64,000 nt of DNA, from contig JAYZJO010000065.1 in the NCBI GenBank assembly GCA_036164375.1, positions 3,810-67,809 of the forward strand, written 5' to 3'. Shown one piece after another: positions 36,412-44,739 of the stretch. A program made the position numbers and the translations under genes. This DNA is from Chlamydiota bacterium. Lineage in GTDB: Bacteria; Chlamydiota; Chlamydiia; Chlamydiales; Criblamydiaceae. The number at the start of each line of letters is the position of its first letter. Positions within the stretch are counted from its first letter, which is position 1. The notes under the pieces were generated by a model that ran no database searches, was not told the DNA's origin, and saw only the letters and a list, made by a program, of their open reading frames with translations.

Positions 36412-38025
36412 TTATCTACTTTTTCCTACAGTAACGGTTGTTCCGTCAAACTTTGTGAGCGTGAACCCGTTAAATGCTTCGTTATATAGAAACCCCTCGT
36501 TGTTTAACACATCGATAGCTATCTGCTCACCAAGCAGCATGCCGTCTGATCCGTCGCAGCGATAGTGAACGCCTGCGTGATCCCTACCGAGGCAGATATT
36601 TGAAGCTAACTTGTTAAGCTCTCCACCGACTGTTAAATCTCCACCTGTGTAAGCTTCCAAAGAGGTATTGGTGACATCCGGCTGCAGAGGATTAGGAATC
36701 ACAAAGTCCTCGTTGAAAAAAGCTTTTAGCACGGTAACAGCAGCGCCAATCGCAACAGCGTGCCCTGCGGGATAAGAGGGGTGAGTTGGCGATCCCTCCG
36801 GGTAAGCTTGAGGAAGGAAATATGATCCATAAGTCGAAAAGATATTAGAAACGGCGGTAGAGCTTGTTAGCTCAGAAGAAATGCCCAGACTTTCGCCGTC
36901 AGCAATTTGCTTTTGGACATAAAATCCATATTCTTCGGGACGCAACCTACGGTTTACTTGCCACTTGTGATACCAAGCCCCCTTTAACCCTTCGTTTACA
37001 GCTTTTGCAAGCACATCAAAAAATTGATCTGTTCCAAAGGTCACAAACCCCTGCTGAGTTGGATTGTTTAAATAGGGGTTGTTTGGGTCTAAGGCATCAT
37101 TACCATAGGAGAGAAGTTGAAGAAGAGCGTTTACAGCTCCCTGACCTGGATAGTCTCGATGCACCCAAGCCGCTAAATCCCTCGCAGTGCGAAGAAACCT
37201 GGCCACCGGATCTACCGTGGTAGATTTTCCAGTTGAGCCCCCACTAACCACCTCAAACCAGTCCGTAAATGTCGTCATGAAATCATTTGTTGTTCCTTGT
37301 GTGGGAACAGAGATCTCGGGAGCAACAGTAGCTGGACCGTAAGGAACCGTTTGGTATAAAAACTGAGAAATATAGGGGCCAACCAAGTCACCTGGAGTCA
37401 ATCCCCTTAAAAAGGTTCCACGTGTGACCACTCCCCCCACTTTGGGTCCTCTAAAATCAGAAAGCGTGTTTAGCTCCGCAACAGCGCTTCCGACAATCGC
37501 GTTGGCGTCGTACTCATTAAAGGGCACGTCGCGGGCAAGCGCAGTCCAATAAAGCTCAACCATTTCACCGGCAGCTTGTGCCGAAGAAAACTTGGGAGCT
37601 GGGGGAATAGCATTAATCCAAGAATCGTTTCCCGAAAGAGAAAAAGCTAAACTCGCCTGTGGATTTACAAGCTTCCTTACTGTAGAACCCATGAGGATTT
37701 TATCAAAGTCGGAAGGTTTTCCTGAAAGCAAGGCAAAAACCAGCTGGTTAAATGCTACGGTATCAATAAACCCATTGGACTTATGTAGTAAAGATTTTCC
37801 AAAACTCCCGCGCTTATCGGCATATAAAGCTTCGTCACCGTTTTGTGTTTGATTTGGAAGTTTTGTTTTCTGATCAAAGCGTGCAACAGCTGTTTTTACT
37901 GCATGCGAGTCCACCTGCCTTTGGGAGCGGATCAACTTAAAAAAAGCTTTATCACTTATAGCTTCACTCTGATAAGGATTAAGCAGGCATACGCCCATTG
38001 CTAAGGCTACGATATAATGTTTCAT
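36412..38025 (-). CDS. PAP2-superfamily vanadium-dependent haloperoxidase-like protein, secreted
   Basis: It carries the signature PTHPSYPAGHAVAIGAAVTVLKAFF plus LGRDHAGVHYRCDGSDGMLLGEQIA (acid phosphatase/vanadium haloperoxidase active-site motifs). The signal peptide is MKHYIVALAMGVCLLNPYQSEA. I chose the start at the second Met, because the track start 38049 overlaps the upstream gene. Confidence 0.65.
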   Translation of the reverse strand: MKHYIVALAMGVCLLNPYQSEAISDKAFFKLIRSQRQVDSHAVKTAVARFDQKTKLPNQTQNGDEALYADKRGSFGKSLLHKSNGFIDTVAFNQLVFALLSGKPSDFDKILMGSTVRKLVNPQASLAFSLSGNDSWINAIPPAPKFSSAQAAGEMVELYWTALARDVPFNEYDANAIVGSAVAELNTLSDFRGPKVGGVVTRGTFLRGLTPGDLVGPYISQFLYQTVPYGPATVAPEISVPTQGTTNDFMTTFTDWFEVVSGGSTGKSTTVDPVARFLRTARDLAAWVHRDYPGQGAVNALLQLLSYGNDALDPNNPYLNNPTQQGFVTFGTDQFFDVLAKAVNEGLKGAWYHKWQVNRRLRPEEYGFYVQKQIADGESLGISSELTSSTAVSNIFSTYGSYFLPQAYPEGSPTHPSYPAGHAVAIGAAVTVLKAFFNEDFVIPNPLQPDVTNTSLEAYTGGDLTVGGELNKLASNICLGRDHAGVHYRCDGSDGMLLGEQIAIDVLNNEGFLYNEAFNGFTLTKFDGTTVTVGKSR

Positions 38026-38038
38026 TGATTGATTTCTC

Positions 38039-38803
38039 CTAATACACAAAGCTTGCTAAAATTTGAAGTCCGACACTCCAGTGAGAATACTGGGGTATAT
38101 TCACTGGTACACCTAGAGAATTTGTATCGCTCCCTCTTCCAAAAACATTAATTTCATAAAAAGGGTTAATATGTAACCGCACAGCTTTTTGACAAACCGG
38201 CACACAAATTTCGTTTAACAGCTCGGCTCTAAAAGCGTATTTAGACTTGATGTTGACGCCCGTTGAGTTGACGTCTAAGCAAGAGTAAACATCCGGTTTA
38301 ACTTCCAGCTGGAGCCCATATCTGTATCGAGGACCGTAGGTGTTTTTAACAATAACCCCTACAGGTACAAAGACCTTCTTATATTTATATTTCAAATTAG
38401 CAAGCCCCGGACTTTGCTTGTCTTCAAAATATTGACCTCCGACCCCAACATAGGGGATAACCTCTTGTAAACAACACAAGCTACCGCGTGAGTTGTTCTC
38501 AAAAGCGTAGCCTACTTTCCAATCGAGCGTATAATCGGAAAGCGAGCTTTCTCGACAGGTAGAACCTGTTATTGAAGTAATATTCCACGCTCCGGAAAAC
38601 CGAACGTCGGTGTATATACACCTTTTTGAATAAGACGCGCCAGCGACAACTCCCCCCATAAAGCCATCTAAACTTGAGGAGCCGCTCTCTCGAGTCGACG
38701 TATAATAAAACTGGGGACCTATATAAGGTTCTATCGATGAGTAAACATCCGATCCGACTAGCACACATATATAGGACAATAAACACAAAATTTTCTTAAA
38801 CAT
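38039..38803 (-). CDS. Small Cys-containing outer-membrane beta-barrel protein
   Basis: 254 aa with a signal peptide (MFKKILCLLSYICVLVGSDVYS), alternating strand pattern, about 10 Cys and a C-terminal aromatic (..ASFVY). Confidence 0.45.
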   Translation of the reverse strand: MFKKILCLLSYICVLVGSDVYSSIEPYIGPQFYYTSTRESGSSSLDGFMGGVVAGASYSKRCIYTDVRFSGAWNITSITGSTCRESSLSDYTLDWKVGYAFENNSRGSLCCLQEVIPYVGVGGQYFEDKQSPGLANLKYKYKKVFVPVGVIVKNTYGPRYRYGLQLEVKPDVYSCLDVNSTGVNIKSKYAFRAELLNEICVPVCQKAVRLHINPFYEINVFGRGSDTNSLGVPVNIPQYSHWSVGLQILASFVY

Positions 38804-39003
38804 CTTTACACCTACCTAAAAAAAACACTTTAACAAAGTGCAAACCTAAATTTCAAAAAAAAAACACTTTTGTATAAATATTTTAGATAAAACCAGATTT
38901 CACCAAAGATCTCACACGCGAAAAAAGTAAAAAAGTTCGGCAAAAAACGGCTACACTATAAAAGCAGACTTGCGTTGATTATAACCCGTTCACCGACGCT
39001 ATT

Positions 39004-39195
39004 TTTTTTGTCGACAAAGACCCACATTTCGTTCATATGTTCAAAAGTCGCAACTTACCAACAACCCTTCAACAAATTATAAACATCACAATCTCTCAGG
39101 TAAAACCCCGCACTTATAAACATTTCCACACCGCCTTATAAAGAAGAGATATTATATACATACTTTATAGTACTCTTAATGGGCAGTGGAAAGTT
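39004..39195. repeat. Intergenic modular repeat, copy 1
   Basis: It contains the perfect palindrome TTTGTCGACAAA (39006-39017), CATTTCCACA (39120-39129), taaagaagag, an AT-rich spacer, and inverted CAGTGGAAAG (39183-39192). Confidence 0.7.
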
Positions 39196-39234
39196 TAACA
39201 AACAAGCTCTAATCTGAAAATCTAAAAATGTTGA

Positions 39235-39462
39235 AAGTTTGTCGACACTCCTAGGGATGCAATGTTCATAAAAATAGACGACAACATTGTTAATAACTCA
39301 AACTCGTCGATAACCCCTCACTTACAAACAGCCCGTTAACAAAAGATACACAACCATTTCCCCTTGGGTTTCCCTAGAAGGCTATCGACATTTCCACAGC
39401 GCCCTAAGAGTAGGAAGTAAAATATACTTATTATTTATTTCTAATAGAAAGGTGTTGAAAAT
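39235..39462. repeat. Intergenic modular repeat, copy 2 (more diverged)
   Basis: It contains TTTGTCGACA (39237-39246), CATTTCCACA (39388-39397), ctaagagtaggaag, an AT-rich spacer and gtgttgaaaa (39451-39460). Confidence 0.6.
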
Positions 39463-39513
39463 ATCTACTTTCCTAGAGACACTTGGCTGTAACAGATTTA
39501 GATAGGAGATCTC

Positions 39514-40146
39514 ATGTCCGCACTACACCCCAATAATTTTTTTGCATTAGAACATTACGACCATGCCGAACTGTTCAAAGATTGTGAATATGTATGGCAA
39601 GCCCTTCCTAAAATCGAAACTTATCTACAGTCTCACGACTTTCATATCGATATTGAAATTCCCAACGGCGTACACTTAAAAAATAAACACCAAATCACCA
39701 TCGGCAAAGGAACCGTTCTTGAGCCGGGCGCTTATATCGTAGGCCCTTGCATCATCGGTAAAAACTGCGAAATTCGCAAAAATGCCTACATCCGAGGGAA
39801 ATTTATTTGTGGAGACGGGTGTGTTGTTGGTTGTGAGGTCAAAGGGGCCATCTTCCTCAACGAAGCCAAAGCTGCCCACTACAACTACATCGGCGATTCT
39901 ATTCTCGGTAATAAAGTCAACCTCGGAGCGGGAACCAAGACGGCAAACTTGCGCTTCGATAAAAGGCCTGTACGGGTTCGTTGCGGCGATGGGTATGTCG
40001 ACACAGAGCTCAAGAAGTTTGGAGCCATTTTCGGCGATCTCTCGCAGTCTGGATGCAATTCAGTGACGAATCCGGGAACCCTCTTGGCAAAGGGCGCCAC
40101 AATTTTATCTTGCGCCAGTGCAAATGGATTCATTGACGCTCAGTAA
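39514..40146 (+). CDS. Left-handed beta-helix (hexapeptide-repeat) transferase-like protein
   Basis: 210 aa. It has a run of hexapeptide units (IGKGTVLEPGAYIVGPCIIGKNCEIRKNAYIRG...IGDSILGNKVNLGAGT), resembling the LbH domains of GlmU and sugar-nucleotidyltransferases. Confidence 0.6.
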   Translation: MSALHPNNFFALEHYDHAELFKDCEYVWQALPKIETYLQSHDFHIDIEIPNGVHLKNKHQITIGKGTVLEPGAYIVGPCIIGKNCEIRKNAYIRGKFICGDGCVVGCEVKGAIFLNEAKAAHYNYIGDSILGNKVNLGAGTKTANLRFDKRPVRVRCGDGYVDTELKKFGAIFGDLSQSGCNSVTNPGTLLAKGATILSCASANGFIDAQ

Positions 40147-40185
40147 ACTAGCTTATAAAATTTTGAAAATTTAATGGGAGTTGTT

Positions 40186-40965
40186 ATGAAAATTGCAGTT
40201 ATCGGAACGGGCGTTATGGGAAGTGGGCTTGCTCGCGTCTTGGCAAAAAACAATGAAATCATACTCTTTAACCGAACTTCAGATAAAGCAAAAGCGTTAG
40301 CAAAGGAAATTAACGGTCAAGTCGCCACCTCTTTAGAGGACGCTATTGAAAGCGCTGATCTTATTTTGCTGACGGTTAAACCTAAAGATTTAAAAAATGT
40401 ATCTAATCACCTCAAAGGAAAAATAGGGCCTGACCAAGTTATTGTTAGCGCACTATCTGCAACTCCCCGAGATGTTCTAGTGGCCCACTTAGGAACAAAC
40501 CATGTTTTGAGAATGATGCCAAACACGCCTTGTTTTTATGGAGCCGGCGTTGTGGTTTTGGGGGAAAGCAAGAGTATTTCCAAAGATCAGTGCGTTAGAT
40601 TTGAAGAGCTGTTTAGCGTTCTCGGAAAAGTGCACTGGGTGAAGGAGTCTCTTTTTAACGCTGCAACAGCGCTTGCTGGATCGGGCCCCGCTTTTATATT
40701 TGTCATTTTAGAGTCCCTAGTGGACGCGGGAGTTAACATGGGGCTCCCACTTCAAAAAGCAAAAGAAATGGCAATACAGGTCATTTTTGGGGCCATGACA
40801 AGCGTTGAGCAAAGCGGCAAGCACCCCGGCGAACTGAAGTGGGAGGTTACTTCACCGGGAGGATGTACGATAGCGGGGCTTACTTGTATGGAGGATGAAG
40901 CAGTTCGTTCGGGCCTTATCAACACCCTTTTAACAACATATGATCACCTTTGCAGTTGTCAATAA
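40186..40965 (+). CDS. proC: Pyrroline-5-carboxylate reductase
   Basis: It has MKIAVIGTGVMGSGLA (Rossmann fold), ILLTVKPKD, RMMPNTP, and the C-terminal PGELKWEVTSPGGCTIAGL signature. A GGGAG SD precedes the ATG at 40186. The track start is 40174. Confidence 0.85.
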   Translation: MKIAVIGTGVMGSGLARVLAKNNEIILFNRTSDKAKALAKEINGQVATSLEDAIESADLILLTVKPKDLKNVSNHLKGKIGPDQVIVSALSATPRDVLVAHLGTNHVLRMMPNTPCFYGAGVVVLGESKSISKDQCVRFEELFSVLGKVHWVKESLFNAATALAGSGPAFIFVILESLVDAGVNMGLPLQKAKEMAIQVIFGAMTSVEQSGKHPGELKWEVTSPGGCTIAGLTCMEDEAVRSGLINTLLTTYDHLCSCQ

Positions 40966-41014
40966 GTGCTATGAAAACCCCAGTTTTTTTGTTTATTGCT
41001 TTGACGATAACTTC

Positions 41015-41180
41015 ATTTTGTCGACAAGTGACGACTTATGATCGATGTATAGACAGATTATTAACAAGGAAGTTGCCCTCGAAGAATGGGTCAGTTATAC
41101 ACATTTCCACAGCACATTAATAAGAAGAACAAACATAAGTATATATATATTATTAGTTATAAGAGACAGTGGAAAACTTG
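41015..41180. repeat. Intergenic modular repeat, copy 3
   Basis: It contains TTTGTCGACA (41017-41026), CATTTCCACA (41102-41111), taataagaagaac, an (at)n spacer, and inverted CAGTGGAAAA (41167-41176). Confidence 0.7.
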
Positions 41181-41292
41181 ATGATATCGTCGATAAGTGC
41201 AAGAAACTATAGATTTATTTCGACGATCACAGTAGAAAAATATTGAATTGAGTAACAGAAGAGCTATAAAAAAAATATAGGGAAGCAGGAGA

Positions 41293-42012
41293 ATGAACGA
41301 TTGGTTAGCTATTTTTATTTTAATGTTGTCAACGGGGTTATCTATGGTTTTAGGTGCAGCCATAGCTTCTGTAGAGCATATAAGCAATCGCTGGTTAGAA
41401 AGCGAGTTTCGTCATACTGTAATCGCTTTTGGAGGAGGCGTTCTTGTTTCAGCTATTTCGTTACTTCTTGTTGAAGAAGGAATGAAAAACCTTTCTGTGT
41501 TTTCTGCAGTTTTGTGTTTTGGTGCCGGAGGTCTTTTTTTTATGGGAGTTGATGTTTTGCTCGACCTATGTCACGAATCTGCTTCACAGTTGATTGCCAT
41601 GCTTGCTGATTTTGTGCCCGAAGCTATTGCTGTGGGCGCTTTATACATTTTAGATAAACCACATGCTATACTTTTATCTTTTCTGATCGCTCTTCAGAAT
41701 ATCCCTGAGGGGTTTAATTCATATCTTGAGTTGTGTAAAAGCGGTAAACATACTGGAAAAAGTATTTTGAAACTGTTTTTAATGATGTCATTTGTTGGTC
41801 CTGTTTCCGGCCTTTCGGGATATTATTTTTTGACAGACTATCCTGGGATTGTTTCTGGGATTATGATGTTTGCTTCGGGAGGGATTCTTTACCTCGTTTT
41901 TCAAGATATTGCTCCGCAATCTAAAATGCAAAACCAAAAAATACCCGCTCTTGGTGCTGTAGGTGGGTTTTTGATAGGTATTATTGGAAAAATGTTTGTC
42001 GAAAATATTTAA
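41293..42012 (+). CDS. ZIP-family divalent metal (zinc) transporter
   Basis: 239 aa and multi-TM. It has the ZIP signature region LIALQNIPEGFNSY and a Gly-rich C-terminal helix. Confidence 0.8.
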   Translation: MNDWLAIFILMLSTGLSMVLGAAIASVEHISNRWLESEFRHTVIAFGGGVLVSAISLLLVEEGMKNLSVFSAVLCFGAGGLFFMGVDVLLDLCHESASQLIAMLADFVPEAIAVGALYILDKPHAILLSFLIALQNIPEGFNSYLELCKSGKHTGKSILKLFLMMSFVGPVSGLSGYYFLTDYPGIVSGIMMFASGGILYLVFQDIAPQSKMQNQKIPALGAVGGFLIGIIGKMFVENI

Positions 42013-43035
42013 GATTTCTATTTTCTATTAAGACAATAAGGTTGTTTTAGATGTTTTTAGAAAATATATAATGTTGAGTTTTTGCAAAAAGAGGAACTCG
42101 TTCAAAACTGCTTCTCAAATAATCTAGGAGGCTTTTTATCTCTGTTAAATGTTCGATGAAGGTCCAAGTATAACCCCTTGGTAGTTAATATAGGTGTTGA
42201 TTAATTTTTTTAGGGGGTAGTAATAAATGTGCTTAGACACCGTTTAAGGTGGAAATATGTCTATATAATATCTTTTCGAATCAGAACGAGAGAGTATTAT
42301 GAACGACTATCCTGCACTGGTTTATGATATTAGTGATGGTAAAACAATTGATTTCGGATTCAGGGTATGTTCTGAGTGATTTGAGCGTTATAAGGGAAAT
42401 GGAATTAAGTGTTCCGTTAAGATCTAAACTTTTTTCTGGTGGTGTGTATAATTGCTTTGAACTTGGAGATCTTTTTGGAAATCATAATATTCAATTTCAT
42501 CTCAAAAGAGGTTTTAAATCTCAAAATCAAAAGTATTCTGTAAACGAAGAAAAAGAAATAAGTAGCATATGAAAAATAGTTGAAACTTCCTTTAGATATG
42601 TTTTGGAGGGGTAATCGAAGTTTTAGAAGGTTTTGTAAATTTTTTTAAGGTGAAAAATGAAATTAAAGAAAAAAGTTCTAAGCATAGTTTTAGATAAAGA
42701 AACACCTTGAAAGATAGATAAGAAGGTCTTTAATTAAAATGAGCGCGGTAAAAATGGTTCATTAAAAGCTCGTTGAACGCCCTATAAGACGTTTTTGCAT
42801 TATTGTTGATGGTTTATCTTCTCTAACCAGGCATCAACTTAGCTAAGCGGTCCTGGGGTGGTCTGGTGGATTGTTTTATTCGCCCTTTCGCCTGAGGACT
42901 ATTAGCGATTATCAACCTTATATTCAGCTCAGACTATGGTTTTGAGACTTGGGGCTTTCCTGATTTAACACTTTTTCTATAGGTGAATTTCTAATCCGTT
43001 CAGCCCACAAGAATTCTTTTTGGATAGGGGACTAT

Positions 43036-43284
43036 TTACTTTGCTGTATCTTCGTTTACATAGGGGGTGGTGGTATTTGCTGCTTTTTGCAGCTCTCCCC
43101 AATATCCTCTGTCGAGCCAACCAGAGCTGCCATTCCAATAAAGGAAAAACCAGATAATCCCCCAGATTGGCATAACGATATATACCCATTTTAGCCATGT
43201 GGGCACTTTTGCGTCGGCGGAGGTGATTGATCCGTCAGCATAAACATCTAAATCTTCGTTTTTGTGGTCTTCACTTTTTGTCAT
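43036..43284 (-). CDS. Stand-alone CcoP/FixP N-terminal membrane-anchor domain protein (no haem motif)
   Basis: MTKSEDHKNEDLDVYADGSITSADAKVPTWLKWVYIVMPIWGIIWFFLYWNG matches the FixP_N pattern (D-DG...P-WW-w-f). There is no CxxCH. I chose the start at the internal Met, which overlaps the upstream gene by 14 nt. Confidence 0.5.
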   Translation of the reverse strand: MTKSEDHKNEDLDVYADGSITSADAKVPTWLKWVYIVMPIWGIIWFFLYWNGSSGWLDRGYWGELQKAANTTTPYVNEDTAK

Positions 43285-43474
43285 TATTACCTTCTTGATC
43301 GTCTGTATCATCTTCTAGCATACGCTTGGCTGGGGTTTCGTCCATATCGAGCCGCCCTTTTCTCCATAGATAAATAAAGATTAATAGAGCTCCACCAAAA
43401 AAAGCTGCGGCAAATGCAAAATGTAAAAGCCCTCCATAAACACCTATACCATCTAAAGTCTTTGCAATCATCAT
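43271..43474 (-). CDS. Small membrane protein, FixS/CcoS-like (or CcoQ-like)
   Basis: 67 aa with one TM segment, then YLWRKGRLDMDETPAKRMLEDD, which resembles the FixS/CcoS W-x3-GQ-DD..R.L.DD tail. It has a 4-nt ATGA overlap with the ccoO stop. Confidence 0.45.
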   Translation of the reverse strand: MMIAKTLDGIGVYGGLLHFAFAAAFFGGALLIFIYLWRKGRLDMDETPAKRMLEDDTDDQEGNNDKK

Positions 43475-44739
43475 GGAAGTTTTCTTTTTCCTTCAATAAT
43501 TTCTTTTGTGTTTATTGGATCTTTTCCTAGCCACCACGCTTGTGTGGGAGGGGTTATTCGCGTGCCCTTAGTCATTAAATATTGATATATCGCTTCGAAG
43601 CGGTAATTTGGGATTCCTATTTTGGAACTACCAGTACCTCTAGGGTCATCGTCGAAGAAATGATAGAACGCTGGCATGATAGAACCTTTACTTGCTGTTT
43701 TTGGTGACCAAAAATGGCTCTTATGCCAGTCTCGGCTAGGTCTTTTGATTCCTACGCGAGAAAGGTCGGGGCCAATTCTTCGCGTTGCAGGAAAGGTGAT
43801 TTCTTGGTAGATGTATTCGTTTGCCGAAGAGGGAGGGGCTGGATAATCTTCGTTTCCGTTTAAAACGACATCCTGAACGAGGGTTCGTGTTTGATCTGAG
43901 TGACAGTACCAACAACCTTCAATTGCATATATGTGTTCACCTTCAAAAATAAGCTCGTGGCGCGATCTAAAACCTAATTCGTGGCTTTTAAGTTCTTCTA
44001 CATTGGCAATTATTTCGCCTTCAGGGTCATATGTCCATCCTTCTTCTGGCCCAAATTTATACCTTGAGACTCTATACTCAAGAGGGTTTAAGACGTAAAT
44101 GACGCCGGGGTCTTTATGATAGTCTTGACGCGTGCTTTCATCTAAAATGGTGTAATTTGTGTCGACCCAATTTTCTAAAACTCCTTCCGATGAACCAAGA
44201 GAAAACCCTTCGTCACTACTTGGCTTGAATAATTCCCAGATGATAAAACTAGGCTTTCGAGAGTCCTTGTTGTCTGTTTTTTCCCATTCAGACTGTAAGT
44301 TTTTTACAAGTTTTTCAGCTTCAGCTTTAGCGTTAAACGCTCCGTCGGCCTCTTTTGGTTCGCGTAGCAGGAGTAAGTCTGAAGTAAGTTTTAATGTAGG
44401 ATCATCTTCTTTTGTAATATATTTTTGTAGATTTTCGGGGGCAACAAAACGTACTGAAGGGGATTCTTGAAAAGCTAAAAGAGTGTACTTGTCTTTGATA
44501 TGATAGACAAACTGTAGCTCGGAGCCTCCTTTGCTTGTATTGCTACTAATGTAGAGATTGGGGTCAGCGACTTCATACATTTGTTTTTGGTAAGCGCTAC
44601 TGGGATTGATCCAGCTTGGATCTAAGTAGGTGGGAGCAACTATAGTGATACTGACAGCTATTGTGAAGAGAATTAAGATGCCAATGACTGTAACTACTGC
44701 TGACCACTCTAGTTTGTAAAAAACATTTTTTCCACTCAT
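43471..44739 (-). CDS. ccoO: cbb3-type cytochrome c oxidase subunit II (CcoO) with a large N-terminal insertion
   Basis: 422 aa with an N-terminal TM segment. The CcoO core is EGCWYCHSDQTRTL...RRIGPDLSRVGIKRPSRDWHKSHFWSPKTASKGSIMPAF. CxxCH sits at residue 276, whereas I recall about 60-70 in canonical CcoO. Confidence 0.7.
   Translation of the reverse strand: MSGKNVFYKLEWSAVVTVIGILILFTIAVSITIVAPTYLDPSWINPSSAYQKQMYEVADPNLYISSNTSKGGSELQFVYHIKDKYTLLAFQESPSVRFVAPENLQKYITKEDDPTLKLTSDLLLLREPKEADGAFNAKAEAEKLVKNLQSEWEKTDNKDSRKPSFIIWELFKPSSDEGFSLGSSEGVLENWVDTNYTILDESTRQDYHKDPGVIYVLNPLEYRVSRYKFGPEEGWTYDPEGEIIANVEELKSHELGFRSRHELIFEGEHIYAIEGCWYCHSDQTRTLVQDVVLNGNEDYPAPPSSANEYIYQEITFPATRRIGPDLSRVGIKRPSRDWHKSHFWSPKTASKGSIMPAFYHFFDDDPRGTGSSKIGIPNYRFEAIYQYLMTKGTRITPPTQAWWLGKDPINTKEIIEGKRKLP

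Noticed and set aside
36298-36565. Track ORFs 36298..36489 and 36347..36565 lie in the gap after the orphan gene.
   Set aside because: They run across the tRNA-fragment repeat and into the 3' end of the haloperoxidase-like gene on the opposite strand. Nothing supports coding.
38026-38049. The long form of the haloperoxidase-like N-terminus (MCIRRNQSM...) was considered as a possible twin-arginine signal.
   Set aside because: The RR is not followed by the F-L-K-like consensus, and the extension overlaps the upstream OMP gene. The shorter form gives a standard Sec-type signal. It is left as an ambiguity, not a Tat-substrate call.
42770-42960. The GC-richer patch (…ggtcctggggtggtctggtgg…cgccctttcgcctgagg…) in the long spacer was inspected as a possible ncRNA (SRP RNA, tmRNA, 6S or RNase P).
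   Set aside because: I could not find the diagnostic motifs of these RNAs: the SRP GGAA-tetraloop/AGCA helix 8, the tmRNA tag and tRNA-like ends, or the RNase P GGAAAGUCC. I also found no convincing extended pairing. A covariance-model scan would be needed.
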